Below are positions 1-9,238 of a DNA stretch of 19,211 nt, piece by piece (the stretch's first letter is position 1; every line of letters begins with the position of its first letter). The position numbers were made by a program, and so were the translations under genes. Under the pieces are notes generated by a model, which did not search any database, was not told the DNA's origin, and saw only the letters and a list, made by a program, of their open reading frames with translations. The stretch is from positions 1 through 19,211 of the forward strand of contig JBDHJS010000057.1 in NCBI GenBank assembly GCA_039586795.1. The letters run 5' to 3'. Source of the stretch: Gemmatimonadota bacterium. GTDB taxonomy: Bacteria; Gemmatimonadota; Gemmatimonadetes; Palauibacterales; KS3-K002.

Positions 1-1518
1 AGTCGCATAAAACTCCAGATCATAGATGACGTCATCAGGCCCGTCCGCACACCTGATCTATTGAAGGACTTCTTGGTGAACTACGATCTGATCGCGGCGG
101 ACATATCTGTGCTCGAAGAATCCGATGTAGAACATGAAATCTGCGCCAACCTCACCGATGGCCTGCTTGTATCCACCGGCCGAAAGATCCTGGCCGAAAT
201 AGAGAGGCTCTCTGACTATGGCGCCGAAGCCTTCCCCTGGGGCGAGAACGTCGATGACGTCAAGAATCGCCACGTCTCCGCTCTGCGCGACCTCGCCCGC
301 ACGTTAGTGACTCGAGGGAGCGCGATGGAGCATGAGTTCATGGAGTCACTCGTCGAGCAAAACGTGCTGTGTTTGGATGACCTGCCCCCCGACCTGCGGC
401 GGGCCGTCGAGACGCATCATTTGACCGACAGGTTCCTGGAAGGCATCAATGGCTACCTGCGCTATCTGCAGAACCCTTCTGGTGCCGACCAAGCTCGAAA
501 GCTAGCCGCAACCCTGTATCGGATTACTCCCGATCTCGTCTATCGAGCTGAATACGGTGCCCTGGCCCGGGTGCTCGAAGTCATTTCGCAGGGTCGACAG
601 CGGCCCAAAGTCTCATCTTTCTTTGAACAGCTTGCCAACTACATCCTGAAGGCCCTCTCCTCTGATAACCTCCTCCAGCATCAGCTCGAAGCCCTCGCCT
701 CCGAGGAGAAGGAACAGCGACAATCTCTGGCCACAATCTTCACCTTCATCGGGGACACGACGATTCCCGGGCTTCTGAAGGTCTACGACTCGACACAGGA
801 CAGGGCGCTCCGTATGTGCATCTTCGAGGTTGTCCGGGCGATGGGTGGCACGGCCCTCAGGCCCTTCTTGGCCAGATTGAAGCGGGTTGAGAGTGATTGG
901 GCGATTGTGCGGCACGCGTTGAGCGAAGTAGGTGACAGCGGCGAGACGTCCCTCGCCACCAGCTGTTCCGATTTTGTAGACCATCCCAACCCCCACGTTC
1001 GCCACTCGGCGTTGTCGGCGCTGTTCAAGTTGGTACGCGGTCAGGCCGAGCAAGAATTCATCGCGGCGCTCTCGGATGACGACCCTGAGGTGCGACAGAC
1101 TGCGGTCTCTTACCTTGGCGCCATCGGTTCGCGCCACCCCGATGCTCTGGCTTATTACTCGCAAGTGCTGGACCCCGACAGCGAAGCAGACCCTGAAGCG
1201 GATGGTGTGCTGATCGAGACCTGTCGCGCCATATCCGTAGTCGGGTCGAGCGAAAAACAAGCAGGCCTAGCCAACGCCATTCTTCTGGCCGCACTTCAAC
1301 CGGTGAAATCGAAGGGAGTGTTTGGGAAGCTGAAGAGATCGGCACCTCGTTTTGGGGAGCATGTCCTGCAGGCCGTACTAGAGGCACTCAGCGAAGTTGG
1401 GACCCGGGAGGCGATCCCTCACATCGAAGAGCTCGCCGCAGCCGACGAGGCCCTCGCCTCGACGGCGGCTGCGACGATCGAAAGTATCAAGGACAGGTCA
1501 AAACAGACCGAGCCTTAG
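1..1518 (+). CDS. HEAT/PBS-lyase-like repeat protein, 5'-truncated by the window edge
   Basis: Frame 1 is open from base 1 (SRIKLQIIDDVIRPVRTPDLLK...), so the TTG at 61 is probably not the true start. The protein looks all-helical, with HEAT-type motifs (HPNPHVRHSALSAL, LSDDDPEVRQTAVSYLG, VLEALSEVGTREAIPHIEEL). It ends with TAG at 1516-1518. Confidence 0.8.
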   Translation, partial: SRIKLQIIDDVIRPVRTPDLLKDFLVNYDLIAADISVLEESDVEHEICANLTDGLLVSTGRKILAEIERLSDYGAEAFPWGENVDDVKNRHVSALRDLARTLVTRGSAMEHEFMESLVEQNVLCLDDLPPDLRRAVETHHLTDRFLEGINGYLRYLQNPSGADQARKLAATLYRITPDLVYRAEYGALARVLEVISQGRQRPKVSSFFEQLANYILKALSSDNLLQHQLEALASEEKEQRQSLATIFTFIGDTTIPGLLKVYDSTQDRALRMCIFEVVRAMGGTALRPFLARLKRVESDWAIVRHALSEVGDSGETSLATSCSDFVDHPNPHVRHSALSALFKLVRGQAEQEFIAALSDDDPEVRQTAVSYLGAIGSRHPDALAYYSQVLDPDSEADPEADGVLIETCRAISVVGSSEKQAGLANAILLAALQPVKSKGVFGKLKRSAPRFGEHVLQAVLEALSEVGTREAIPHIEELAAADEALASTAAATIESIKDRSKQTEP

Positions 1519-1856
1519 CGAGACCGGTCCCGCTTGGGTCGTATATGCCGGGTGTGTACTTCCACACGCGGCGCCGGAAACGCAAAGCGAACCCCATTAC
1601 AGTTTGTATGGACGCTTTCGTGGATCAGACTCTCCACGATGGCGATTTCCACGCCGGCTTCAACGCCTTCCGGCAGAGGAACCGCTGGCGTCGGGCTCGC
1701 CTGGGCCACGGCAACCGGACGGACAATGCCCGTCCACGTGTCCAGTATGGCATTCTCAGAGATCGGTTTGTATCGCAGGTTCATCACCGCCGAACCCACG
1801 ACCATGAAGCCCACGAAGGCCCAGAGCGCTAAGCTCACCTGTCTAAACGAGAGCAT
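1515..1856 (-). CDS. Small single-pass membrane protein of unknown function (113 aa)
   Basis: The ATG at 1856 has AGGAG 9 nt upstream. It is followed by an N-terminal hydrophobic helix (VSLALWAFVGFMVVGSAVM) and a Pro/Ala linker. The stop overlaps the stop of the convergent HEAT gene (TTAG). The longer ORF start at 2108 would overlap the J-domain gene. Confidence 0.6.
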   Translation of the reverse strand: MLSFRQVSLALWAFVGFMVVGSAVMNLRYKPISENAILDTWTGIVRPVAVAQASPTPAVPLPEGVEAGVEIAIVESLIHESVHTNCNGVRFAFPAPRVEVHTRHIRPKRDRSR

Positions 1857-2006
1857 CCTGACATTCTCCTGAGCTGATCGGAGCTTCTCGCTCCACCTGG
1901 TTCTAACTGCCTCACTTATTTCTTTGACGTACGCAGCGCCGACATGGTTGGCTGGCCATGAAGCTCCAGTTATCTTCGGCTTCATCCACAGCTCTGGACC
2001 GACTTT

Positions 2007-2495
2007 ATGGGCGCATTCGACCGAAATTACAGGATCCTCGGCCTCCGACCCGGCGCGTCGAAGGAAGAGGTGAAGAACGCCTACCGCGACCTCGCACAGG
2101 TGTGGCATCCCGACAGGTTCTCACACAGTCCGCGACTTCAGAAGAAAGCACAGGAGAACCTCAAGCGGATCAACGCCGCCTTCGAAGCCCTGAAGGACTA
2201 TGACCCGCCGCCTGAAGCGGCCCGACAGATGAGCCTCTCCGACACCTTTAGCTCGATCATTGGCCTCGGAGATCTAATGAAGACGGGTCAGCACAAACGT
2301 CCGGCCAATCCCGCACCTCGACCGCGGCCGAGAAAACCGCGCAAGCCGGGTGTAGTCGGCCTGGGGCCGATAGAGCGGTCCGGAGTCTACAGGGTTCGAC
2401 GCCACAGCCGGCGTGGGATTCGGCTGCCAATCGTCGCTTCTGCGATAGCGATTCTGCTGGTCGTTGCACTCGCGGTGGTCATATGGATGTGGTAG
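2007..2495 (+). CDS. J-domain (DnaJ class C) co-chaperone with C-terminal transmembrane anchor
   Basis: The J-domain reads NYRILGL...EEVKNAYRDLAQVWHPDRF...LKRINAAFEAL, with an intact HPD motif. A basic Pro/Arg linker leads to a C-terminal hydrophobic helix (LPIVASAIAILLVVALAVVIWMW). Confidence 0.9.
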   Translation: MGAFDRNYRILGLRPGASKEEVKNAYRDLAQVWHPDRFSHSPRLQKKAQENLKRINAAFEALKDYDPPPEAARQMSLSDTFSSIIGLGDLMKTGQHKRPANPAPRPRPRKPRKPGVVGLGPIERSGVYRVRRHSRRGIRLPIVASAIAILLVVALAVVIWMW

Positions 2496-2601
2496 ATCTA
2501 CTGTCAGACAGACCAAAGCCCTCATCGGAAGCTGAGCATGGCCTGGTCCCGGGCCTAGACGATTCCTTGGTAAAGAGAACTCGGAGCGTTTCGGAGGCAA
2601 A

Positions 2602-4461
2602 ATGCGAGCGAGGAGATGGATCGCGGCGGCAACCCTGGCCCTTCTATCAGTCATGACCACTTCCCACCTCGGTGCCCAGGCCACAGTCAAGCCAGTGCTT
2701 CACGGGAAGCATTGGGTGGCGATTACTGGGAAGCCGCTGGGCGCCACGGCCGGTGCGATGATGTTCGCACGCGGTGGTAACGCGGTCGATGCTGCCTGCG
2801 CTATGCTGGCTGCCACCTCCACGATGTGGGATGTACTGAGCTGGGGCGGCGAGACCCAGGCGCTAATCTACAACCCGAACACCGGAAAGGTGATCGGCAT
2901 CAACGCTCTGGGGGTCGCACCAACGGGTGCCACGCCGGAACTCTTCACCGACAAAGGGCTGCGCTATCCCCCCGATCTCGGGCCACTTTCCGCTGTAACA
3001 CCGGGAACGCCCGGCGGACTGATGACGATGCTGGCCGAGTGGGGCACACTCAGCCTCGAAGAGGTCTTGGCTCCGGCAATCGAGATGGCAGACGGCTACC
3101 CGATCGAAGCGCAGACCGCCAACTCGATAGAGCGGAACAAGGATCGGATCAAGGACTGGAAGTACTCACGCGAGGTCTACCTCACCCACCAGGGCGAGGA
3201 GCGGGAAGCCCCCTACCCGGGAGAGATTTTCGTTCAGGCCGATCTAGCCGCGACGCTGAGGAAGCTGGTCGAGGCCGAGAGAGAAGCGCTGGCGAATGGG
3301 GCGAACCGTAAGGACGCGATCTATGCGGCTTACGAGCGCTTCTATGAGGGCGATATCGCGGAGGAGATAGTGCGCGGCGCTCAGGAGGAAGGCGCCCTGA
3401 TTACGATGGCCGATCTGGCGAATTGGGAAGTCAAGATCGAAGAGCCCGTGGTGACCACTTACAAGGGAATAGAGGTCTACAAGCTGACCACGTGGGTGCA
3501 GGGGCCGGTGTTGCTTCAGACGCTAAACATTCTCGAGAACTTCGACATCGAGTCCATGGGCTACAACAGCGCCCGCTACATTCACACCCTGTACCAGGCG
3601 ATGAATCTCGCCTTTGCCGATCGTGATTTCTACTACGGCGACCCATATTTTCCACCCGCCGAGCCCATTCAGGGCCTGCTTTCCAAAGATTACGCTAAAC
3701 AGCGGGCGGAATCGATCAATTGGGAACGCAACGACCCGAACGTCCGGCCGGGAGACCCGTACCCCTTCCAAAATGCCGCGAACCCCTATCTCCGGTATAT
3801 CGACGACTGGCAGTCGGAGTGGCCGCCGGCGACAGACGTGACAAGTGAGGCCAAGGGTGATATCGAGCAGTCATTCAACCTCGGCACGACGTCGATTCAA
3901 GCCGCCGACGCGGAAGGCTGGGTCGTCTCCGTGACACCTAGTGGCGGCTGGGTGCCGGCCGTGATCGCTGGTCGGACAGGTGTCGGGCTGAGCCAGCGGG
4001 CACAGAGTTTCGTACTGCACGAGTACGAAAATCCTTTCAATGTGATCGAGCCCGGCAAGCGACCCCGCGCGACGCTGACCCCCACCTTGGCGTTGAAGGA
4101 CGGCAAGCCGTTCGTTTCGGTCGCCGTACAGGGCGGCGACTCACAGGATCAGAACACACTCCAGTTCCTGCTTAACATGATCGAGTTCGGAATGAACGTT
4201 CAGCAGGCCGTCGAAGCTGCAAACTTCAACAGCTATCAAATGCGCGGTTCGTTCCGAACGCACGCAGCCGCGCCCGGCCGCCTGCTACTCAACTCAGCAG
4301 TGCCGCCCTGGGTCCAGGGTCGTCTGCGTGGTATGGGATACGACGTGACAACGCGCCGCCTTACCTCAGGACCGCTCAACGCGATCTGGTTCGATTGGGA
4401 GAACGGTAGCTTCTGGGGCGGCTCGAGTAACTACGGTGAGGATTACGGTATCGCCTGGTAG
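2602..4461 (+). CDS. ggt: Exported gamma-glutamyltransferase family protein (Ntn hydrolase)
   Basis: GGAGG lies upstream of the ATG and the N-terminus is a Sec-type signal peptide. Family motifs are GGNAVDAA, LSLEEVLAPAIEMADGYP, FYEGDIA, AFADRDFYYGDP, the autocleavage nucleophile region GTTSIQAAD, and PGKRP. Confidence 0.9.
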   Translation: MRARRWIAAATLALLSVMTTSHLGAQATVKPVLHGKHWVAITGKPLGATAGAMMFARGGNAVDAACAMLAATSTMWDVLSWGGETQALIYNPNTGKVIGINALGVAPTGATPELFTDKGLRYPPDLGPLSAVTPGTPGGLMTMLAEWGTLSLEEVLAPAIEMADGYPIEAQTANSIERNKDRIKDWKYSREVYLTHQGEEREAPYPGEIFVQADLAATLRKLVEAEREALANGANRKDAIYAAYERFYEGDIAEEIVRGAQEEGALITMADLANWEVKIEEPVVTTYKGIEVYKLTTWVQGPVLLQTLNILENFDIESMGYNSARYIHTLYQAMNLAFADRDFYYGDPYFPPAEPIQGLLSKDYAKQRAESINWERNDPNVRPGDPYPFQNAANPYLRYIDDWQSEWPPATDVTSEAKGDIEQSFNLGTTSIQAADAEGWVVSVTPSGGWVPAVIAGRTGVGLSQRAQSFVLHEYENPFNVIEPGKRPRATLTPTLALKDGKPFVSVAVQGGDSQDQNTLQFLLNMIEFGMNVQQAVEAANFNSYQMRGSFRTHAAAPGRLLLNSAVPPWVQGRLRGMGYDVTTRRLTSGPLNAIWFDWENGSFWGGSSNYGEDYGIAW

Positions 4462-4496
4462 GCGTGCCCCAAAACGGCCCCGGGGGACCTTGTGAC

Positions 4497-5615
4497 ATGA
4501 GTGAATCTGGCGAACGAGCGGAACGATTCCGCAGGATATTTCTGATTCTCCTGGCCCTGGCTGTATCGTGGCTGTTCTTCAAGATGATCAGCGGCTTTCT
4601 CAACGCACTGCTCATGGCAGCCATCATGGCCGGGCTTTCTCGTCCGCTTTACCGCTGGTTGGTCAGGACGCTCAGAGGTAGCCGAGCCGTGGCATCAGTT
4701 ATCACCATACTTCTCGTGACCTTTGTCGTGCTGATCCCGGCAAGCGTCTTCATGACCATCCTCGTGGGCGAAGCGATCGATGTGACCAACCAGGTCGTTC
4801 CCTGGGTAGATCAACAGATTCGTGAGCCGAGTCAGATCGATCGTTGGATACAGGCACAGCCGGCCCTACAGAAGCTGGGGCCGTATGAGGACCAAATCGT
4901 AAGCAAGCTCGGCGAGCTAGCCAGCAATGTCGGGACATTCCTCATCAATACTCTCGCCGCGACCACGAAGGGCACGGCCGTCTTCTTCTTCCATCTCTTT
5001 GTGATGCTCTACGCGATGTTCTTCTTCCTGATGGATGGACCTAGGATACTCGACAAATTTCTCTACTACATGCCGCTATCCCCCGCCGACGAGGAGCGCA
5101 TGGTTGAGAAGTTTCTTTCGGTTTCCCGTGCTACCATCAAAGGGACGCTAATCATTGGCATTGTCCAGGGTGGGCTGGCGGGTATCGCCTTCTGGGTGGT
5201 GGGCATCGATGGGGCCGTGTTCTGGGGAACGATCATGGCGATCCTCTCGATCATACCCGGAGTCGGGACGGCGTTGGTCTGGATTCCCGCCGTGATCTAT
5301 CTCGTGGCGAAGGGGCATATGGGCTCGGCGATCGGTCTGTTCGTGTGGTGCGCGGCGGTCGTCGGGACGGTCGATAACGTCTTGCGTCCCTGGCTCGTCG
5401 GCAAAGACACGAAGATGCCCGATCTACTGATCCTGCTCGGCACCTTGGGTGGACTTATCGTTTTTGGCGCTCCCGGAATCATCATCGGCCCGATTATCGC
5501 CGCCTTGTTCGTAACGATCTGGGACATCTACGGGACCGCTTTCAAGGACGTGCTCCCGGCGACAACTCCGATCAAGCTGGACTACGAGAACAAAGCCCGC
5601 GATCCGGAGCAGTAG
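4497..5615 (+). CDS. AI-2E family (PerM/YdiK-like) transporter
   Basis: Multi-TM protein carrying LSIIPGVG, VGTVDNVLRPWLVG and LGGLIVFGAPGIIIGPII, which are typical AI-2E motifs. The ATG at 4497 follows GGGGGA and is preferred over the GTG at 4464. Confidence 0.9.
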   Translation: MSESGERAERFRRIFLILLALAVSWLFFKMISGFLNALLMAAIMAGLSRPLYRWLVRTLRGSRAVASVITILLVTFVVLIPASVFMTILVGEAIDVTNQVVPWVDQQIREPSQIDRWIQAQPALQKLGPYEDQIVSKLGELASNVGTFLINTLAATTKGTAVFFFHLFVMLYAMFFFLMDGPRILDKFLYYMPLSPADEERMVEKFLSVSRATIKGTLIIGIVQGGLAGIAFWVVGIDGAVFWGTIMAILSIIPGVGTALVWIPAVIYLVAKGHMGSAIGLFVWCAAVVGTVDNVLRPWLVGKDTKMPDLLILLGTLGGLIVFGAPGIIIGPIIAALFVTIWDIYGTAFKDVLPATTPIKLDYENKARDPEQ

Positions 5616-6127
5616 TGTCTAGGGTCGGCGCCTACGGCACGTGGCGGGAGCAGCTGCGGAAGTGCGCCGGGTCATGCAGGCCGGCGTGGCCTGTCCTGAT
5701 TTCCCTCTCGCTCGTGTCGTGCTCCCTGTTTCGTCAACTCAGCTTCGAGGAGCCTTCCGTCCGTCTCACCAGACTGGAGATCACCGACATAGACCTCTCA
5801 GGCGTCTCGGTGAACCTGTGGCTCGAGGTGTTCAACCCAAACGGCTACGATATCCGTACAACCTGGATCGAGGCGGAATTGGATATCGAGGGGACCGACT
5901 TCGGACAGGCCACTCATGCCGAGTCGGTCATTTTGATTGCGGCGGACAACACTATAGTCACGATACCGGCCGACTTCACATGGGAGGGGATCGGCGTCGG
6001 CGCTCGCGCTCTGCTGCAGCGTGGATCGGTGAATTACGACCTGAAGACTCGACTAAAGGTCAAGACATCTTTGGGCAATCACACGGTGACGATTGGCAAC
6101 CGCGGCGAAGTCGACGTCTGGAACTAA
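5615..6127 (+). CDS. LEA type 2 / WHy-domain protein, probable lipoprotein
   Basis: It has a lipobox-like LSLVSC, then P-x-V-x-L, and the hallmark LEVFNPN motif followed by beta-rich sequence. The GTG overlaps the upstream stop and has GGAG in front. The exact start is uncertain. Confidence 0.8.
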   Translation: MSRVGAYGTWREQLRKCAGSCRPAWPVLISLSLVSCSLFRQLSFEEPSVRLTRLEITDIDLSGVSVNLWLEVFNPNGYDIRTTWIEAELDIEGTDFGQATHAESVILIAADNTIVTIPADFTWEGIGVGARALLQRGSVNYDLKTRLKVKTSLGNHTVTIGNRGEVDVWN

Positions 6128-6186
6128 TCGCCAGGTGTTCCCGGCCAACCTTTGACCCAAGATGGTGTGACTTCTGAATGGCCAGT

Positions 6187-7062
6187 TCAGGAGACCCGTG
6201 GCGCCGATACTGAGCTCAGGTCGCTAAGTTCGATGGTCCGGGATTCCCGCGCTTGGGCGACTATCTGCTCGAGAATCGCAATGGGAACCGCTTGCTCCGC
6301 GTCGCATTTCAAATCCTCGCGATCACCTTCTGGCTCCAGAACCTCGATCAGCAGACCATGAGCGCCGGCGGCCAGCGCCGCCCGGCTCATCGGCTCGACC
6401 AGCGTCCAGGTCCCGGTCGCGTGTGAAGGATCCGCGATGATCGGTAGAGGCGTAGCCCGCCGTGCGGGTTCGATTATACTCAGGTCGAGTACGTTCCTCG
6501 CATAGCTCCAGTGAGAAGCTGCGCGGACACCCCGCTCGCAAAGCACGATGTCCCGATTCCCTTCCCCCGCCACATACTCAGCCGCGCACAGCCATTCCTC
6601 GAGCGTCGCGCTCCAACCCCGTTTCAGCAGAACCGGCAGCGACTGACGGCCGACCTCTTTCAGCAGCGGGAAGTTTTGCATCGACCGCGACCCGATCTGC
6701 AGCATGTCAGCATAGCCTGCTACCTGCTCAACGAGGCGCGGGTCCTGCACCTCGGTGACGATCCCCAGGCCTGTCTCATCACGGACCCGGGCGAGTATCT
6801 CTAACCCCTCGGTACCGAGGCCTTGGAACGAATGCGGGCAGGTGCGAGGCTTGTACGCCCCGCCGCGCAGCAGACTGACGCCGGCGTCCCGCACGGCGCG
6901 GGCGATGTTGAGCGTCTGTTCTGCCGACTCCACCGCACACGGCCCCGCGATGACCACCGCGTCGGAGCCGCCGACCTCGATATCTCCCACCTGGACCACG
7001 TGAGTGGATCCAGGATCGGCGTATTCCGCCCAATTCGACCGCAAGACGCTCAACTGGCTCAG
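6187..7062 (-). CDS. aroF: 3-deoxy-7-phosphoheptulonate (DAHP) synthase, class I-beta, catalytic barrel only
   Basis: Motifs are AGPCAVES, RGGAYKPRT, QIGSRSMQNF, LLKRG, LCERG and DPSH. GGGAGG (7069-7074, minus strand) lies 6 nt before an in-frame CTG at 7062; TTG at 7053 is an alternative start. The ORF extension to 7188 does not look coding. Confidence 0.88.
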   Translation of the reverse strand: MSQLSVLRSNWAEYADPGSTHVVQVGDIEVGGSDAVVIAGPCAVESAEQTLNIARAVRDAGVSLLRGGAYKPRTCPHSFQGLGTEGLEILARVRDETGLGIVTEVQDPRLVEQVAGYADMLQIGSRSMQNFPLLKEVGRQSLPVLLKRGWSATLEEWLCAAEYVAGEGNRDIVLCERGVRAASHWSYARNVLDLSIIEPARRATPLPIIADPSHATGTWTLVEPMSRAALAAGAHGLLIEVLEPEGDREDLKCDAEQAVPIAILEQIVAQARESRTIELSDLSSVSAPRVS

Positions 7063-7211
7063 CCTATGCCTCCCGTATCGAGAACCATTCTCGCCACAAG
7101 ACACGCTATTTACATAGAAACGGAGCCCGAGAGCAAGCCCTGGTGGGATGCGGGGGCGGGGATTCCTGTTCCCATTGCTCACGAGCACCCATGGCTTTAC
7201 TCATAGCCCCC

Positions 7212-7949
7212 ATGCAAAGACTGCTGGTTCTTTCGGCCGCACTTCTCGCACCGCTGGCCACCGCAAAAGCCCAGACCACGATCAGCGCCTATGGCGGTAC
7301 CGCGCTAACCGTTGATAGCGATGTAAGATTGGAGCTTCCCGGCGAGCCATCGACGACGTACTCCGGGGTGCCCTGGAGAAGCGAGTCCTTCACTAGCCCC
7401 ATCTACTACGGACTGCGGATTGCCTATTGGCCGGACCGCGAATCGAACTTCGGCGTCACGCTTGACTTCACCCACGCCAAGATGCTGGCAAACGATGACA
7501 GCGTTCTTGTGGCCCGGGAAGGTGACACTGATCAGGATCAGGAACTGCTCAGCGACACGTACAACTACCTGGCCTTCTCCCATGGCCACAATCTCGTGAC
7601 TCTCAATGTCTTCGGGCGACTGTTCCCGACCGGCGCACGCGAACGCAGCTTCCTCGGGCGACTTCAGCCCTATGCCGGCCTCGGCCTTGGAGTCGCCATC
7701 CCGCACGTCGAGGTCGATCTCGTCGACGGCAGCGTGACGAACGAGTACCAGTTGGCTGGCGTAGCCCTGCAAGGACTCGCAGGCGCCAGCTTTGATGTGA
7801 TCAGCCGTCTGGCGGCCTTCATCTAGTACAAGATCAATTGGGCGAACTTGAAGTGCGATCTGAGAGAGGGCGGAAGCGTGAACGTCAGACCGCTGACGCA
7901 TCAGGTCGTCTTTGGCGTCTCCTTCAGCCTCAAACCGACACTACCGTGA
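7212..7949 (+). pseudogene. Outer-membrane beta-barrel protein, lipid A oxidase LpxQ-like, with an internal in-frame TAG at 7824-7826
   Basis: It has a signal peptide (MQRLLVLSAALLAPLATAKA) and the motifs WRSESFTSPIYYGLRIAYW, FTHAK, LAFSHGHN and PYAGLGLGVAIPHVE, which resemble the LpxQ family as I recall it. After the TAG the frame continues for 40 codons (YKINWANLKCDLREGGSVNVRPLTHQVVFGVSFSLKPTLP) to TGA at 7947-7949, supplying the last two beta-strands. Confidence 0.75.
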
Positions 7950-8088
7950 TCAGCCAGCTAGTCAGCGGTTGATAGCCTTCTGTTTCATCGTTAAAGTAGG
8001 CCCTCTCAAGCTTGCCATTACCAGCAAGTGGTGTACTGCCGGGCCCCAATGGACCCGGCCGGTTACGGAAGCACGGACCTAAGGCAAA

Positions 8089-9222
8089 ATGAGCGCTGCT
8101 GCCCAAGTAGAGATCCAGCGGACCGGCAACGGGACGGCCGTCCTGCGGATATCTGGCGATTGGCTGATCACAGCAGCCACGCCCGGGCCGGATGATGTCC
8201 AGGTCGATCTGACTGCCGGACTGGAGCCGAGGACCGTTGCTTTTGATTCCCACGGACTGGGAACTTGGGATACGAGCATCCTGACGTTCGTTATCCAGCT
8301 TTCAGATCTTTGCCGGGACAGAGGCATCGACGTCGATCGATCCGGCCTACCCCAGGGCGTCCAGAACTTGCTCGGCCTGGCGGAGGCCGTGCCAGAGAAG
8401 GAGGACGCTCGAACGACAGAGATCCGTAAGAGCGTCTTGGAGCAGATCGGCGAGGGTACGCTCTCCGCCGCGGGCTCACTGGGAGAGATGCTCGAGTTCC
8501 TGGGCCACGCCACGATCACCTTCGCCCGACTAGCCGGCCGCAGCGTCCGTTTCCGCCGCTCGGACCTCATGGTGCTGGTTCAGCAGGCCGGAGCAGAGGC
8601 GCTGGGCATCGTCACCCTTATCAGCTTTTTGATCGGGTTGATCCTCGCATTCGTCGGCGCCGCACAACTCGAACAGTTCGGCGCCGCTATCTACGTGGCC
8701 GATCTGGTGGGTGTGGCGATGGTGCGTGATGTGGGTGCGCTGATGACCGCCATCGTGATGGCCGGACGCAGCGGTGCCGCCTACGCGGCCGAGCTGGGGA
8801 GCATGAAGGTCACGCAAGAGATCGATGCGCTGACGACGATGGGCATCTCTCCACTCGAATTCTTAGTGATTCCGCGCATCCTCGCCCTGGCCCTGATGAT
8901 GCCATTGCTGACGATCTACGCAGATTTCATGGGGATACTGGGCGGCGCGTTTGTCGGTATCAGCATGCTCGATCTTTCGTTCACGACTTACATACAGCAG
9001 ACGGCCGGAGCGCTCAGCTTGCACGATCTGGTTGGTGGACTGTTCAAGGCGGCCGTCTATGGAATCCTCGTCGCCCTTGCCGGCTGTCTGCGGGGTATGC
9101 AGTCGGGAACCAGTTCGTCCGCGGTAGGCGTGGCGACCACTTCCGCCGTGGTTACCAGCATAGTGTTGATCATCAGCGCTTGCGGAGCCTTCGCGGTCAT
9201 CTTCTACGCCCTGGGGATCTAG
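8089..9222 (+). CDS. mlaE: MlaE-family ABC transporter permease with N-terminal STAS-like domain
   Basis: The N-terminal STAS-like segment includes LRISGDW and GLGTWDTS. Permease motifs are AGRSGAAYAAELGSMKVTQEIDALTTMGISP, LVIPRILAL and VGVATTSAVV. Confidence 0.92.
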   Translation: MSAAAQVEIQRTGNGTAVLRISGDWLITAATPGPDDVQVDLTAGLEPRTVAFDSHGLGTWDTSILTFVIQLSDLCRDRGIDVDRSGLPQGVQNLLGLAEAVPEKEDARTTEIRKSVLEQIGEGTLSAAGSLGEMLEFLGHATITFARLAGRSVRFRRSDLMVLVQQAGAEALGIVTLISFLIGLILAFVGAAQLEQFGAAIYVADLVGVAMVRDVGALMTAIVMAGRSGAAYAAELGSMKVTQEIDALTTMGISPLEFLVIPRILALALMMPLLTIYADFMGILGGAFVGISMLDLSFTTYIQQTAGALSLHDLVGGLFKAAVYGILVALAGCLRGMQSGTSSSAVGVATTSAVVTSIVLIISACGAFAVIFYALGI

Positions 9223-9238
9223 AGGGACTATTGGCTGA

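Noticed and set aside
6187..7062. KDO8P synthase (kdsA) call, suggested by the neighbouring lipid A related gene
   Set aside because: The substrate motif is KPRT, which is DAH7PS-type, not KANRS.
7824..7826. Genome-wide TAG reassignment (alternative genetic code) as the explanation for the internal amber codon
   Set aside because: Nine of the other called genes end in TAG at positions that look like natural C-termini (for example ggt, mlaE, the PqiC-like, EEP and peptidase genes), so TAG is an ordinary and frequent stop here.
8038..8063. GC-rich imperfect hairpin upstream of mlaE (GCCGGG...CCCGGC)
   Set aside because: The stem is short and has no U tract or recognisable riboswitch features, so it is compatible with chance at this GC content.
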